In this document: piece after piece, positions 53,530 to 62,783 of the stretch
Position numbering within the stretch: position 1 is the first letter of the stretch
Layout: the number at the start of each line of letters is the position of its first letter
Assembly: GCA_963715865.1 (NCBI GenBank)
Contig: OY970280.1
Span: 544,001-608,000, forward strand
DNA: 64,000 nucleotides
Reading direction: 5' to 3'
Source: Candidatus Bathyarchaeota archaeon
GTDB taxonomy: Archaea > Thermoproteota > Bathyarchaeia > Bathyarchaeales > Bathycorpusculaceae
Translations under genes and position numbers: made by a program
The notes under the pieces: model-generated
What the model was told of the DNA's origin: nothing
The model's database searches: none
The model's input: the letters and a program-made list of their open reading frames with translations, nothing else

Positions 53530-53784
53530 TTGAAGGGAAAGATTACATGTGCAGCAGCCACGTATTTTAGCGAAAAACAACTAATTGAGTGGTCTAACTG
53601 CTATCAAAAAGTTTTCGCCATATTGCTAAAAACCATTGCAGAATTTCATCCCGAAGCCTTTGAGACCGAATCTGGAAGAATTGCAGTTAAATATGTCAAG
53701 TCGGAATTGGATGGATGTGAAAAACAGATAACTGTCTCGAAAAAGATTAGGCAAATATTGTCAACAATCCACGATTCTGATTAA
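53530..53784 (+). CDS. Small hypothetical protein
   Basis: 84-aa ORF. Confidence 0.45.
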   Translation: MKGKITCAAATYFSEKQLIEWSNCYQKVFAILLKTIAEFHPEAFETESGRIAVKYVKSELDGCEKQITVSKKIRQILSTIHDSD

Positions 53785-54308
53785 TTCCCGCTACTACTGC
53801 GAGTAACCTCTTCCTCAGTCTCACCATACACATCAAAAGCAAACTTTGTCAAAGCCCAACGATGCCCACGCTTCTCAAACAGCACATGACCAGTCTCAAC
53901 ATGCAAACGCTTATTCATCCGCACAATCCTACGGCTCACATCATAATACGCCAAATCATACTGAGCGAGCTCTGCAGCCACATCCTTCGGAAACATGCCA
54001 TTATCACCACTCGTTTTTACTAAATCAAAAATCGCTTCATCAACCTTATCGACAAAAGCAAACTTCTCAAGCATAGGCGTAGCAAAACGCATAAACCCAG
54101 CACTCTCCAGAGCGTTCCGAATAACCCGCAAATCACCCTTAACCTCAGCAATCTCAGCCAAAGCCCGCTTCAGCAAAACCTGATTATACTTGATTCTGCC
54201 AATTTTCTCCTCTGAACTACGCCCTTTTTCAGCCTTTTGAACAACATTTTCGCCAAAACCCTGTTCATCCTGTTTAATCAAGGAAAAACCCTCCATCAAC
54301 AACACCAA
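53781..54308 (-). CDS. Coiled-coil plus winged-helix DNA-binding protein
   Basis: IFDLVK....GMFPKDVAAEL....YYDVSRRIVRMNKRL. Confidence 0.65.
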   Translation of the reverse strand: MVLLMEGFSLIKQDEQGFGENVVQKAEKGRSSEEKIGRIKYNQVLLKRALAEIAEVKGDLRVIRNALESAGFMRFATPMLEKFAFVDKVDEAIFDLVKTSGDNGMFPKDVAAELAQYDLAYYDVSRRIVRMNKRLHVETGHVLFEKRGHRWALTKFAFDVYGETEEEVTRSSSGN

Positions 54309-54506
54309 AAATATAGCGTCCGCAATCAGGACTAACCACTATCAGAAACCCCCAAGCCGAAAGCATGGACTTTTCCCATGCCTTCCACAAGCATTTTTCA
54401 ACATGAAAACGTGGTTTACGCAACCTTTCACATCCAAAAACCCAACACTACGTACATCAGACAGGGCACAGAAAACTCTACCACGTACATACGCCAGTCT
54501 ACACCA

Positions 54507-54542
54507 GCGGGCCCGCCGGGATTCGAACCCGGGAACCTCTGC
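54507..54542 (-). repeat. tRNA 3' half (att core candidate)
   Basis: Reverse complement GCAGAGGTTCCCGGGTTCGAATCCCGGCGGGCCCGC = T-arm plus acceptor 3' strand; no 5' half upstream. Confidence 0.8.
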
Positions 54543-54624
54543 AGGATAGGCTCCTGAATGTACGTAGTAATATACTAATGATAATATACCAAAAGGTAAG
54601 CCCTTAGAATGTACGTAGTAAATC

Positions 54625-55479
54625 TTAAGACACATAATCTTTACCTCCAGAACCCTTAGGCGCCCTCTTATCGACATCAACATCAAAAAGCTCAGTTAGA
54701 ATCCCAGTTATCTTCTGAAGCGCCTTATCGCTCTTCTCCAAAGCATCAAGCTTCTGCAAAGCCAAATCAATAGCATCCGAAAAACTGGCAATAACCTCAA
54801 CCGCATCCGGATGCGTCCTGTCACCAACCTTAATCACAATGCCATGGCTCAACTCAAAATCGCGAATAACCATATACGGCAACCGCTCACCGCTACTGTA
54901 AGGAAAATGCCCGCTCTTAGGCCTGATACGCTCCAAAACAGGATTCAACAACTTCATGTCAGTAAGCAGGCCAGTGTTAACGAACGCGTCACAAAACAAC
55001 TGCTTCGCCTTACCCAAGTTACCAGGCCGCCGAACATGCAAAGTAACCGTACCACTCTCAAACCAAACCACACGCCCCAAACGGCACTTCCAAACAAGAA
55101 ACCTATTTCGAGCCTTACTCAACACCCAACCAAAACCAACCCCGCACCGCTCAACGTCTAATTTAACAACACGCCTTAACGCTTCACTTAAAGCGCCATC
55201 AAGCCTCACCTTAGCCTTAAAACAATGAAAACTTGAACACTTTGAACCTCGTTCATTTCGATAGTAATACTTCCACTCCCACTTAGTCTTAGAAACATAG
55301 TTGTGATAGCGCTTGTAGCTTAAATCTAGCAATTTGCAGATCTGTTTAGGAGTCAACAATGGATCAGAATGCCCATCGCCATCTAAAACGTCAAAGATTT
55401 GTTTTCTAATATTATTACTATTACTACTCTTACTGTAAGAGTTCAAACCGCGTGAAGTGGTGTCCGGTAGTTTAGCCAA
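54625..55479 (-). CDS. Hypothetical protein with N-terminal HTH
   Basis: LLTPKQICKLLDLSY HTH-like segment; 284 aa. Confidence 0.7.
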   Translation of the reverse strand: MAKLPDTTSRGLNSYSKSSNSNNIRKQIFDVLDGDGHSDPLLTPKQICKLLDLSYKRYHNYVSKTKWEWKYYYRNERGSKCSSFHCFKAKVRLDGALSEALRRVVKLDVERCGVGFGWVLSKARNRFLVWKCRLGRVVWFESGTVTLHVRRPGNLGKAKQLFCDAFVNTGLLTDMKLLNPVLERIRPKSGHFPYSSGERLPYMVIRDFELSHGIVIKVGDRTHPDAVEVIASFSDAIDLALQKLDALEKSDKALQKITGILTELFDVDVDKRAPKGSGGKDYVS

Positions 55480-55859
55480 AAAAATGCAGCTCCGCTAAGT
55501 TTGCTCCTTCAACTTTTCAATCCGCTTAGCAAAATCAAGCAGGTTCTTCTCATCTAAGCCTCCAGGATAAAGGACGTCGACCTGAACCTTCACAATCCTG
55601 ATCTCTGTAGCGTAAGGGCTAGACTTAGGCGAAACATCATAAAACCTAACTCTATCTCCTCCAGGTATAGCACGTTTACATTTCAGCTAGCCTGTTTCTG
55701 GCCATCTCAGCAGCCTTACGATTACGGCAGATAGCAAAAACAACTATTCCAGCAGCCGAAACAGTGCTTTTGAAAACTACATAAACAGCATTAGCCATTA
55801 GAGATAGCCTCCTGGTTGCCAAAAACAAAAAAAGAAAGAAGGGAAATGATTACGCGGGT

Positions 55860-56930
55860 GATATCGCCACGAGGATAATCTTCCATTTAGACATGGATCA
55901 CTTCTACACCGCGGTTGAGGAGCGGGAACGTCCTGAAATTAGGGGTAAACCTGTAATTGTGGGCGCTGATCCTAAATGGGGCAAAGGCAGAGGCGTCGTT
56001 AGCACAAGCAATTACGAAGCCAGAAAAGCTGGCGTACGCTCAGGCATGCCAATTTCCCAAGCTTGGAGGCTTTGTTCAGAAGCGATTTATTTACCTCCGA
56101 ATTTTCCCTTGTACATTAAGGTTTCAGGCGAAATCATGGACATAGCACGCAAGTACGCGGATAAGTTTGAGCAGTGGGGAATTGATGAGGCTTTTTTGGA
56201 TGTTACAAGCAAAGTTAAAGATTATGCTGAAGCAGAAGCCTTGGCTCGAAAAATAAAGCAGGAGATTAAAGAGAAGCAAAGCCTCACTTGCTCCATAGGT
56301 GTAGGACCAAACAAGCTTATCGCCAAAATCGCGAGCGATTTTCAAAAACCTGACGGTTTAACAATTGTTAGAGAAGAGGAAGTGGAAAAGTTCCTTGCGT
56401 CGTTGCCGGTGCGTAAGTTATTGTGGGTTGGACGTAAAACCGAGGCAAAGCTGAAAGCATTAGGTGTAAACACTATCGGCGACTTGGCACGTTATGACCC
56501 TTCAGCGTTAACCTCAATGTTTGGTGTGATGGGTTTGCAGATGCATTTGATGGCAAAGGGCATTGACCGAAGTGAGGTTGAGGAGAGAACTGGCGTTAAA
56601 AGTGTAAGCCATGAGACCACGTTCGAGGAAGACACTGCAGATTCTGCTGTCATTTTACAAGCGTTAGAAGCGCTTTGCGTGGAAGTTCAAAAAGCAACCG
56701 AAAACCAACATTTACTCTTCAAAACTGTTACGTTGAAAATTCGTTATGAAAACTTTGAAACCCATACCAAAAGCAAAACCCTGCCTTTCCTAACCAACCG
56801 CCTCTATGACCTACAAAAAACCGCGAGAGAACTACTCTCTACTTATTTGCGGAAAGACCGCAAAGTCAGGCTCATCGGCGTTAGAGTTTCAAGCTTAGTT
56901 TCCGGAGAAAAGCAGAAGACGTTAATTTAA
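55860..56930 (+). CDS. dinB: DNA polymerase IV (Y family); start uncertain
   Basis: IIFHLDMDHFY, STSNYEARK.GV.SGMP, GIDEAFLD, KIASD..KP.G. Confidence 0.95.
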   Translation, partial: DIATRIIFHLDMDHFYTAVEERERPEIRGKPVIVGADPKWGKGRGVVSTSNYEARKAGVRSGMPISQAWRLCSEAIYLPPNFPLYIKVSGEIMDIARKYADKFEQWGIDEAFLDVTSKVKDYAEAEALARKIKQEIKEKQSLTCSIGVGPNKLIAKIASDFQKPDGLTIVREEEVEKFLASLPVRKLLWVGRKTEAKLKALGVNTIGDLARYDPSALTSMFGVMGLQMHLMAKGIDRSEVEERTGVKSVSHETTFEEDTADSAVILQALEALCVEVQKATENQHLLFKTVTLKIRYENFETHTKSKTLPFLTNRLYDLQKTARELLSTYLRKDRKVRLIGVRVSSLVSGEKQKTLI

Positions 56931-57478
56931 AGGTCAGTAACCATTTCTGATACTAAGTGTTGACCAAACGTTTCTTCACTGGCAACCTCGCTGAGAGTTT
57001 TTCTTGCCCGCACAAGACGCAAAAGCTTACTTGATAAATCCAGTTTTTCACGAGCGTAGCCGACTGCTAAAAGCAAGAGAACCTCAAAGTTTTCAGGAAC
57101 CTTAACCGCTGCCTTAACTTCCTTCTCATTAAAGCTTCCAACGTAGCAGGTGCTTAAGCCTTCGCTGGTGGCTGTTGAAATCATGTTCTCCACTGCTAAG
57201 GCAACGTCGATGGCGTACCAGTCGGGCGAAGCTTTCTTGTCGCCGCAAGCAACAATCACGACTGGTGCTTCAGCAAGGAATTTTGCGAATCTGCCCTTTG
57301 AGAGGATTTTTCTTTTCTCGTTGTCAGTAACTGCAATAAAATGCCATGGTTCAATATTTCTCGCTGAAGGCGCAAGTCTGGCAGCCTCCAAAATTGTCTC
57401 CAGCTTTTCTCTTGGCACAGGCGTGTCTTGGTAGACGCGGATTGACCTTCTTTCCTGCACAGCCTCAAAAACGTCCAT
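56927..57478 (-). CDS. Nitroreductase family protein
   Basis: RRSIR.Y...APSARN..PWHF. Confidence 0.92.
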   Translation of the reverse strand: MDVFEAVQERRSIRVYQDTPVPREKLETILEAARLAPSARNIEPWHFIAVTDNEKRKILSKGRFAKFLAEAPVVIVACGDKKASPDWYAIDVALAVENMISTATSEGLSTCYVGSFNEKEVKAAVKVPENFEVLLLLAVGYAREKLDLSSKLLRLVRARKTLSEVASEETFGQHLVSEMVTDL

Positions 57479-57612
57479 AACATTCCCTTACTAAACTAGA
57501 AATGAATTTCACGGTATATTAGCTTATCAGAGTCTACGCTTCATACTTTGTCGGGTCTGGCACGCCTGCTTCACGGAACGCTTTATTTGTGTGGAGGGTG
57601 CTATTTCACTGT

Positions 57613-57676
57613 GGGGGATGATGTCGCCGTCCCAGTCTGATAGGGAAAGATGAGGAGCTTATGACGGACAGACCCC
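57613..57676 (+). ncRNA. Candidate C/D box sRNA
   Basis: GATGATG - 13 nt - CTGA - GATGAGG - 13 nt - CAGA, closed by GGGG/CCCC. Confidence 0.45.
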
Positions 57677-57921
57677 GACGACTTATTGTCAAATATTTCA
57701 TGGTATGCTCATAGTATTGTCATCACCCGATTGTTAATAGGGGATGCTCGCAGTAATTGTATCCCACGATGGTTAACAGAGAACTACCCGAAAGCCAAAT
57801 CCCACGAAGAGTTAACAGAACCGCTGGGCGAAATATTAATAAATCTCACGGGAAGATTACATGGTGCTACTTCCTAGTGGATGGCATTCCGCGGAACGGA
57901 GTTTTAGGGAGCACAAAAACT

Positions 57922-58566
57922 ATGTCACAAAATAATACAGCTAGCCAATTAGTCCTTAAAGGAACAACTACAATAGGCGTCGTCTGCAAAGATGGCGTAA
58001 TATTAGCTTCAGACACCCGAGTAACCATGGGCTTTTTCGTCGCTCACAAATTCGGGAAAAAAGTCTACAAAATAGATGATCATTTGGGCATGACAATTGC
58101 CGGAACCGTCGCAGATGCCCAAAGAGTCGTGGATATACTTACGGCTAACGCGCAACTCTACAAGATTGACAAGAACAGGCCAATGCCAGTCAGCGCAGCT
58201 GCCAGGCTTGTTGCTAACTTGCTGTTTTCCGCACGTTACCTGCCTTTAGCAACACAGGTTCTAGTCGGCGGCATAGATGACACTGGACCGCACGTGTACA
58301 ATCTAGACCCGTTCGGAAGCTTAATGGAGGAAAAGTCGGTTTCAACTGGTTCAGGTTCACCAATCGCTTATGGTATACTCGAGGATAAGTACCGTGAAGG
58401 CATGACCCTTGCTGAGTTGCTGCCAACGGTTGTTAAAGCTGTTAATGCGGCTATGAAGCGGGATGTTGCAAGCGGCAACAGTTACAATATCACGGTAATC
58501 GACAAAAAGGGTTACCGAGAATTATCAGACGAAGAAAAAAGTAAACTTCTCAAAGCAGGAAGTTAA
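57922..58566 (+). CDS. psmB: Proteasome subunit beta
   Basis: LKG|TTTIG propeptide cleavage site, GSGSPIAYG, RDVASG. Confidence 0.96.
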   Translation: MSQNNTASQLVLKGTTTIGVVCKDGVILASDTRVTMGFFVAHKFGKKVYKIDDHLGMTIAGTVADAQRVVDILTANAQLYKIDKNRPMPVSAAARLVANLLFSARYLPLATQVLVGGIDDTGPHVYNLDPFGSLMEEKSVSTGSGSPIAYGILEDKYREGMTLAELLPTVVKAVNAAMKRDVASGNSYNITVIDKKGYRELSDEEKSKLLKAGS

Positions 58567-58571
58567 ACACT

Positions 58572-60497
58572 GTGGCGCGCACCCAAGAAAAAGAAAAAGA
58601 CAAGATAGAAATTAGCCAATACATTTTGGAAAAAGTTCCAAGAGAGGCAGAAGTAACCAGAATCGAATACGAAGGACCCATGCTAGCGGTTTACACAAAG
58701 AAACCTGAGATTTTAGTTGACCAAAGCAGCATAGTGGCAGAAATCGTCGGTGTGATTCGCAAAAGAATAGTCATTCGCCCCGACCCTTCAGTTAGAACAC
58801 CAGAAATTGAAGCCGAAAAAATCGCTCGTGAACTAATCCCTCCTGAAGCCGAAATCACCGACATAAACTTTGACCCAAGCCTTGGCGAAATAATAATTGA
58901 AACAAAAAAGCCCGGCTTGGTGATTGGAAGAAACGGCGCTGTTTTGCAGGAAATTATAAAGAAAACCAAGTGGCGCCCCCATGTTTTGCGGAGTCCACCG
59001 ATTAAGTCGAAGATTGTTACTCACATGCGGCATTATCTTCACTCGGAAAGCAAAGAGCGAGAAAGAATCCTTCGCACTGTTGGCGAGAGAATCTTTAGAC
59101 CAAAAATTTACGATGTCGGCGACATCCGAATGACTGTTCTCGGTGGAGCACAAGAAGTTGGTCGCTCAGCCTTTCTAGTTAAAACACGCGAAAGCAGCGT
59201 ACTCTTAGACTGCGGCATTAACCCTGGTTCAAATCGGCCTTTTGAAGCGTTCCCACGCTTTGATTCGCCAGAATTCCAGATTGATTCTTTGGATGCTGTG
59301 GTTATTAGTCATGCTCACCTTGACCATTGCGGTTTAGCGCCGTTCCTATACAAGTATGGTTATGACGGACCAATTTACTGTACTGCGCCAACTTCAAATT
59401 TGATGACCATGCTGCAGTTGGATTATTTGGACGTAGCCAGCAAACAGGGCGTTACTCCATATTATGACCAAAAGGACGTGCGTGAGTGCGTTTTGCACAC
59501 GATTCCGCTTAGGTACGGTGTTGTCACCGACATTGCACCCGATATTCGCCTGACTTTACATAATTCAGGTCATATTTTGGGGGGTGCAATGGTTCACCTG
59601 CACATTGGCGAAGGCTTACATAACATTGTTTACACGAGTGACTACAAGTTTGCGAGAACTATGCTGTTGGAAGCTGCAGCAACGGAGTTTCCGCGCATTG
59701 AAACAGTGATTACTGAGAGCACTTATGGTGGAGCAGAAGATTTTATGCCTTCCAGGGTTGAAGCTGAAGAAGCTATGACACGCGTCATTAACCAAACTTT
59801 GGAACGCAAAGGCAAAGTCCTAATTCCAGTGCCAGCCGTTGGCAGAGCTCAAGAAATCATGCTTATCATCGACGGTTACATGAAGCGCGGCTTAATGAAG
59901 GAAGCCCCAGTTTTCATCGAAGGCATGATTAGCGAAGCTACAGCCATTCATACCGCCTACCCAGAATACTTGGGCAGGGAAGTCCGCCACAGCATTCTAC
60001 ATGAAGGAATTAACCCATTCCAAAGTGACTACTTCACCATCGTGGAGCACCCGAGCGTTAGGCAAAGCATTATGGAAGGGGAACCATGCATTGTTTTGGC
60101 TACTTCAGGCATGCTTGAGGGTGGACCAGTAATAGAGTACTTCAAGAACTGGGCTGGCGACGAGAGGAACACGATAATTTTTGTCAGTTACCAGATTGAA
60201 GGCACCATGGGCAAAAGAGTCCAAAAAGGCGTTGGTGAAGTAACAATGATGGACAATGAAGGCAAAATGGCAGCGATACAGGTTAAAATGAAGGTAGAAT
60301 CAATTGAAGGATTTTCAGGTCACTCAGACAGGCGGCAACTGGTTAATTATTTGACTCATCTTACACCTAAGCCTGAGCGAATCTTTGTTTGCCATGGAGA
60401 AAAACAGAAGACTATAAACTTTGCTAACTACTTGGATAACAAGTTAGGCATTAACACCGTTGTTCCTGCAATTCTAGAAACTTTTAGGCTGCTGTAG
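58572..60497 (+). CDS. KH-domain beta-CASP ribonuclease aCPSF1
   Basis: N-terminal KH domains, SHAHLDH, TESTYG, FSGHSD. Confidence 0.96.
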   Translation: MARTQEKEKDKIEISQYILEKVPREAEVTRIEYEGPMLAVYTKKPEILVDQSSIVAEIVGVIRKRIVIRPDPSVRTPEIEAEKIARELIPPEAEITDINFDPSLGEIIIETKKPGLVIGRNGAVLQEIIKKTKWRPHVLRSPPIKSKIVTHMRHYLHSESKERERILRTVGERIFRPKIYDVGDIRMTVLGGAQEVGRSAFLVKTRESSVLLDCGINPGSNRPFEAFPRFDSPEFQIDSLDAVVISHAHLDHCGLAPFLYKYGYDGPIYCTAPTSNLMTMLQLDYLDVASKQGVTPYYDQKDVRECVLHTIPLRYGVVTDIAPDIRLTLHNSGHILGGAMVHLHIGEGLHNIVYTSDYKFARTMLLEAAATEFPRIETVITESTYGGAEDFMPSRVEAEEAMTRVINQTLERKGKVLIPVPAVGRAQEIMLIIDGYMKRGLMKEAPVFIEGMISEATAIHTAYPEYLGREVRHSILHEGINPFQSDYFTIVEHPSVRQSIMEGEPCIVLATSGMLEGGPVIEYFKNWAGDERNTIIFVSYQIEGTMGKRVQKGVGEVTMMDNEGKMAAIQVKMKVESIEGFSGHSDRRQLVNYLTHLTPKPERIFVCHGEKQKTINFANYLDNKLGINTVVPAILETFRLL

Positions 60498-60972
60498 GCA
60501 AAGGCTCATTTGAAACTGGCGTTTTTTCCCGCCAAATCCTAATATTTTTTGGACAAATAACCACTCGCTCTTCACCTAGACGTGCAATGTCGCCGCCGAT
60601 GGATTCTGTAAAGTCATAGAGTTCGTTTACCGCGCTTTTTACGTCGTCGATACTTTTATTTGCAAGAGGAGTAACTCGGAGAATGATTATGTTTCCGTTT
60701 TTAACTTCGTTTTTTATATTTTCTATGTCGGTTAGTTCTTTTAGAGGCATGGCTTTTAGGTAGGTTTTGTTCAGGGTTTCAGCGACTTCTTGTTTCTGCT
60801 CTTCCCGGGGCTCAACGGTTTCTTGTGCAGGTGCCGGTTGCTGAGGAGCGGTTGCTTCTTGTTTCGGTTCCTCGGAGACGGCAGTTGTTTCTTCTTTGGG
60901 TTCTTCAGGAGGCACGGCTGGTTTTTCTGGTTCAGGTTGTTGTTTGGATTTGCGGAATAGGCTGAATTTCAT
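60484..60972 (-). CDS. sepF: Cell division protein SepF family
   Basis: VKNGNIIILRV...GGDIARLGEERVVICP. Confidence 0.8.
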   Translation of the reverse strand: MKFSLFRKSKQQPEPEKPAVPPEEPKEETTAVSEEPKQEATAPQQPAPAQETVEPREEQKQEVAETLNKTYLKAMPLKELTDIENIKNEVKNGNIIILRVTPLANKSIDDVKSAVNELYDFTESIGGDIARLGEERVVICPKNIRIWREKTPVSNEPLPTAA

Positions 60973-61140
60973 TTTCCTCTCTCAACCACATATTATTAGG
61001 GTTGCAACAGTTAAGCGTTTCTTTAACTGAATCCTAAATGGTAATACGCGTGAATATTTTATTTATGTTTTACTAATCTGTATTAGCAATCACAGGTTGA
61101 CTGAAAAGGGCAAAGGCGAGGCTTTGGCGTTTTTACTTAC

Positions 61141-61509
61141 TTATGCTAAGAGAATTATAAGATTATTTGCAACTACTATAACTAGAAATGCAAGGATACC
61201 AGCATAGGCAACTTTCAAAAATTTGCAAGAATATTTGAAGGATTTCGTGCTTTTATTTTGAGTTTTCATAAGGGTTTTGTTCGCCAAAATATATGTAAAA
61301 GCTATGAGTATCGTCGCTGCAAGCTTGATCACTAAAAAGGCTCCAATGTTTGTGCTAACTATGCCTGCCATGAAGGGGTTTAACTCGGCAGCTCCAAAGT
61401 ATAGAACGCCTATAACGGTGGTTAAGCAGTCTATGGAGCCCATGAAGATAAGAAGAAAACTTGTAAGTGACTCTCTCCTCAGCATGTATACGCCTTCTCC
61501 CTTATTCAT
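61141..61509 (-). CDS. Small membrane protein (DUF5658-like)
   Basis: DCLTTVIG...ELNPFM...IKL. Confidence 0.75.
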   Translation of the reverse strand: MNKGEGVYMLRRESLTSFLLIFMGSIDCLTTVIGVLYFGAAELNPFMAGIVSTNIGAFLVIKLAATILIAFTYILANKTLMKTQNKSTKSFKYSCKFLKVAYAGILAFLVIVVANNLIILLA

Positions 61510-61703
61510 CAGGCGATTATGATATAGTTAAGTCTTTATGAGTTAAGCTTGCCGTTCTCGATATATTCCAAATTGCAAAACATGCGCTATTTTTATGCGA
61601 TAGTTGTCAAGAGTTAGAGAGCTATTGAAGGCAAAAAGACACAGCATCTTCGCATAAGCCTTATATTTTAAATGTTAAACCTTCTTGCTGGAAGGATTTA
61701 GGC

Positions 61704-62783
61704 ATGCACAAGAAACTCTTGATTCCTGGCCCAACAGAAGTCAGCCAAGAAATACTTAATGAGCAAACTCATCCTCTTATAGGTCACAGAGATAAAGAAT
61801 TCTCAGACTTATATGGTGGAATAACCGCTAAACTAAGCAAATACTTCGAGTTACCTGCAGATTTCAAACCCACAGTCACCACTTCCTCAGGCACACTTTG
61901 GTTTGACATTATCGGAAGAAGCATCGTAAAACAAAAAGCGTTAGCATGCATAAACGGCGCTTTCTCTCAACGATGCGCTGAAACCCTACGTGCATGCGGC
62001 AAAAACACTGATTTCTTAGAAGTTGAATGGGGCAAAGCCGTCAAACCGGAAATGATAGCTGAAAAACTTGACAGCGGCGAATATGACACATTAACAGTAT
62101 GCCACAACGAATCCTCCACAGGTGTAAGAAACCCAATAAGCGAAATAGGCAAACTTGTACGCAAAAAATACCCAAACATAATCTACGCAATCGACGCTGT
62201 TTCCTCAATGGCAGGAGACAAAACACTACCCCGAGAAATCGGCTGCGACATAATTTTTGCTTCAACACAAAAATGCTTCGCTCTGCCACCAGGATTAACC
62301 GTTGCATTAGTTAACGACCGAGCAATTGAGAGAGCTAAAGAAGTTCCAATCAGAGGCACATACACGGATTTGGTTGAAATCTTCGAGTTTGAGAAAAAAC
62401 ATCAAACACCCTTCACCCCATGCATCCCCTTACTCTACGCTTTGAATAAACGCATGGATCTTTTGCTGGAAGAAACATACGACCATGTTTACCAGCGCCA
62501 CATGGAAATGGCTCAGTATACACAGCAATGGGCAAAAAAACATTTTGAAATGTTCTCTGAATCAGGCTACGAATCAATAACCGTAAGCTGCATAAAAAAC
62601 ACACTTGGCAAAAGCGTTAAAGAACTCAACCAGAAGCTCGGTGAGAAAGGCTACATGATATCCAACGGTTACGGGAAACTAGCTGAGAAAACCTTCCGCA
62701 TCGGACACATGGGCGAATGGAACCTAGCAGGAATCAAAGAAGTCATAAGCCTAATTGATTCGATTTGGGGATTAAAAACGTGA
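61704..62783 (+). CDS. Class V PLP-dependent aminotransferase
   Basis: LLIPGPT, HNESSTG, DAVSS, STQKCFALPPG, FRIGHMG. Confidence 0.93.
   Translation: MHKKLLIPGPTEVSQEILNEQTHPLIGHRDKEFSDLYGGITAKLSKYFELPADFKPTVTTSSGTLWFDIIGRSIVKQKALACINGAFSQRCAETLRACGKNTDFLEVEWGKAVKPEMIAEKLDSGEYDTLTVCHNESSTGVRNPISEIGKLVRKKYPNIIYAIDAVSSMAGDKTLPREIGCDIIFASTQKCFALPPGLTVALVNDRAIERAKEVPIRGTYTDLVEIFEFEKKHQTPFTPCIPLLYALNKRMDLLLEETYDHVYQRHMEMAQYTQQWAKKHFEMFSESGYESITVSCIKNTLGKSVKELNQKLGEKGYMISNGYGKLAEKTFRIGHMGEWNLAGIKEVISLIDSIWGLKT

Larger units (their letters stand above)
32850..55500 (-). mobile_element. Head-tail (HK97-type) provirus-like region; ends approximate
   Basis: Ordered TerS-like, TerL, portal, protease/scaffold, MCP, connectors, tail tube, chaperone, TMP-like genes; extent matches the ATGTACGTRGTA motif distribution. 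Confidence 0.88.

Noticed and set aside
54446-54620. Mini-CRISPR array or full tRNA gene
   Set aside because: Repeats are only 12 nt and switch orientation; the tRNA 5' half is absent.
57757-57921. N-terminal extension of psmB
   Set aside because: Not protein-like; ATG 57922 gives a normal short propeptide before TTT.
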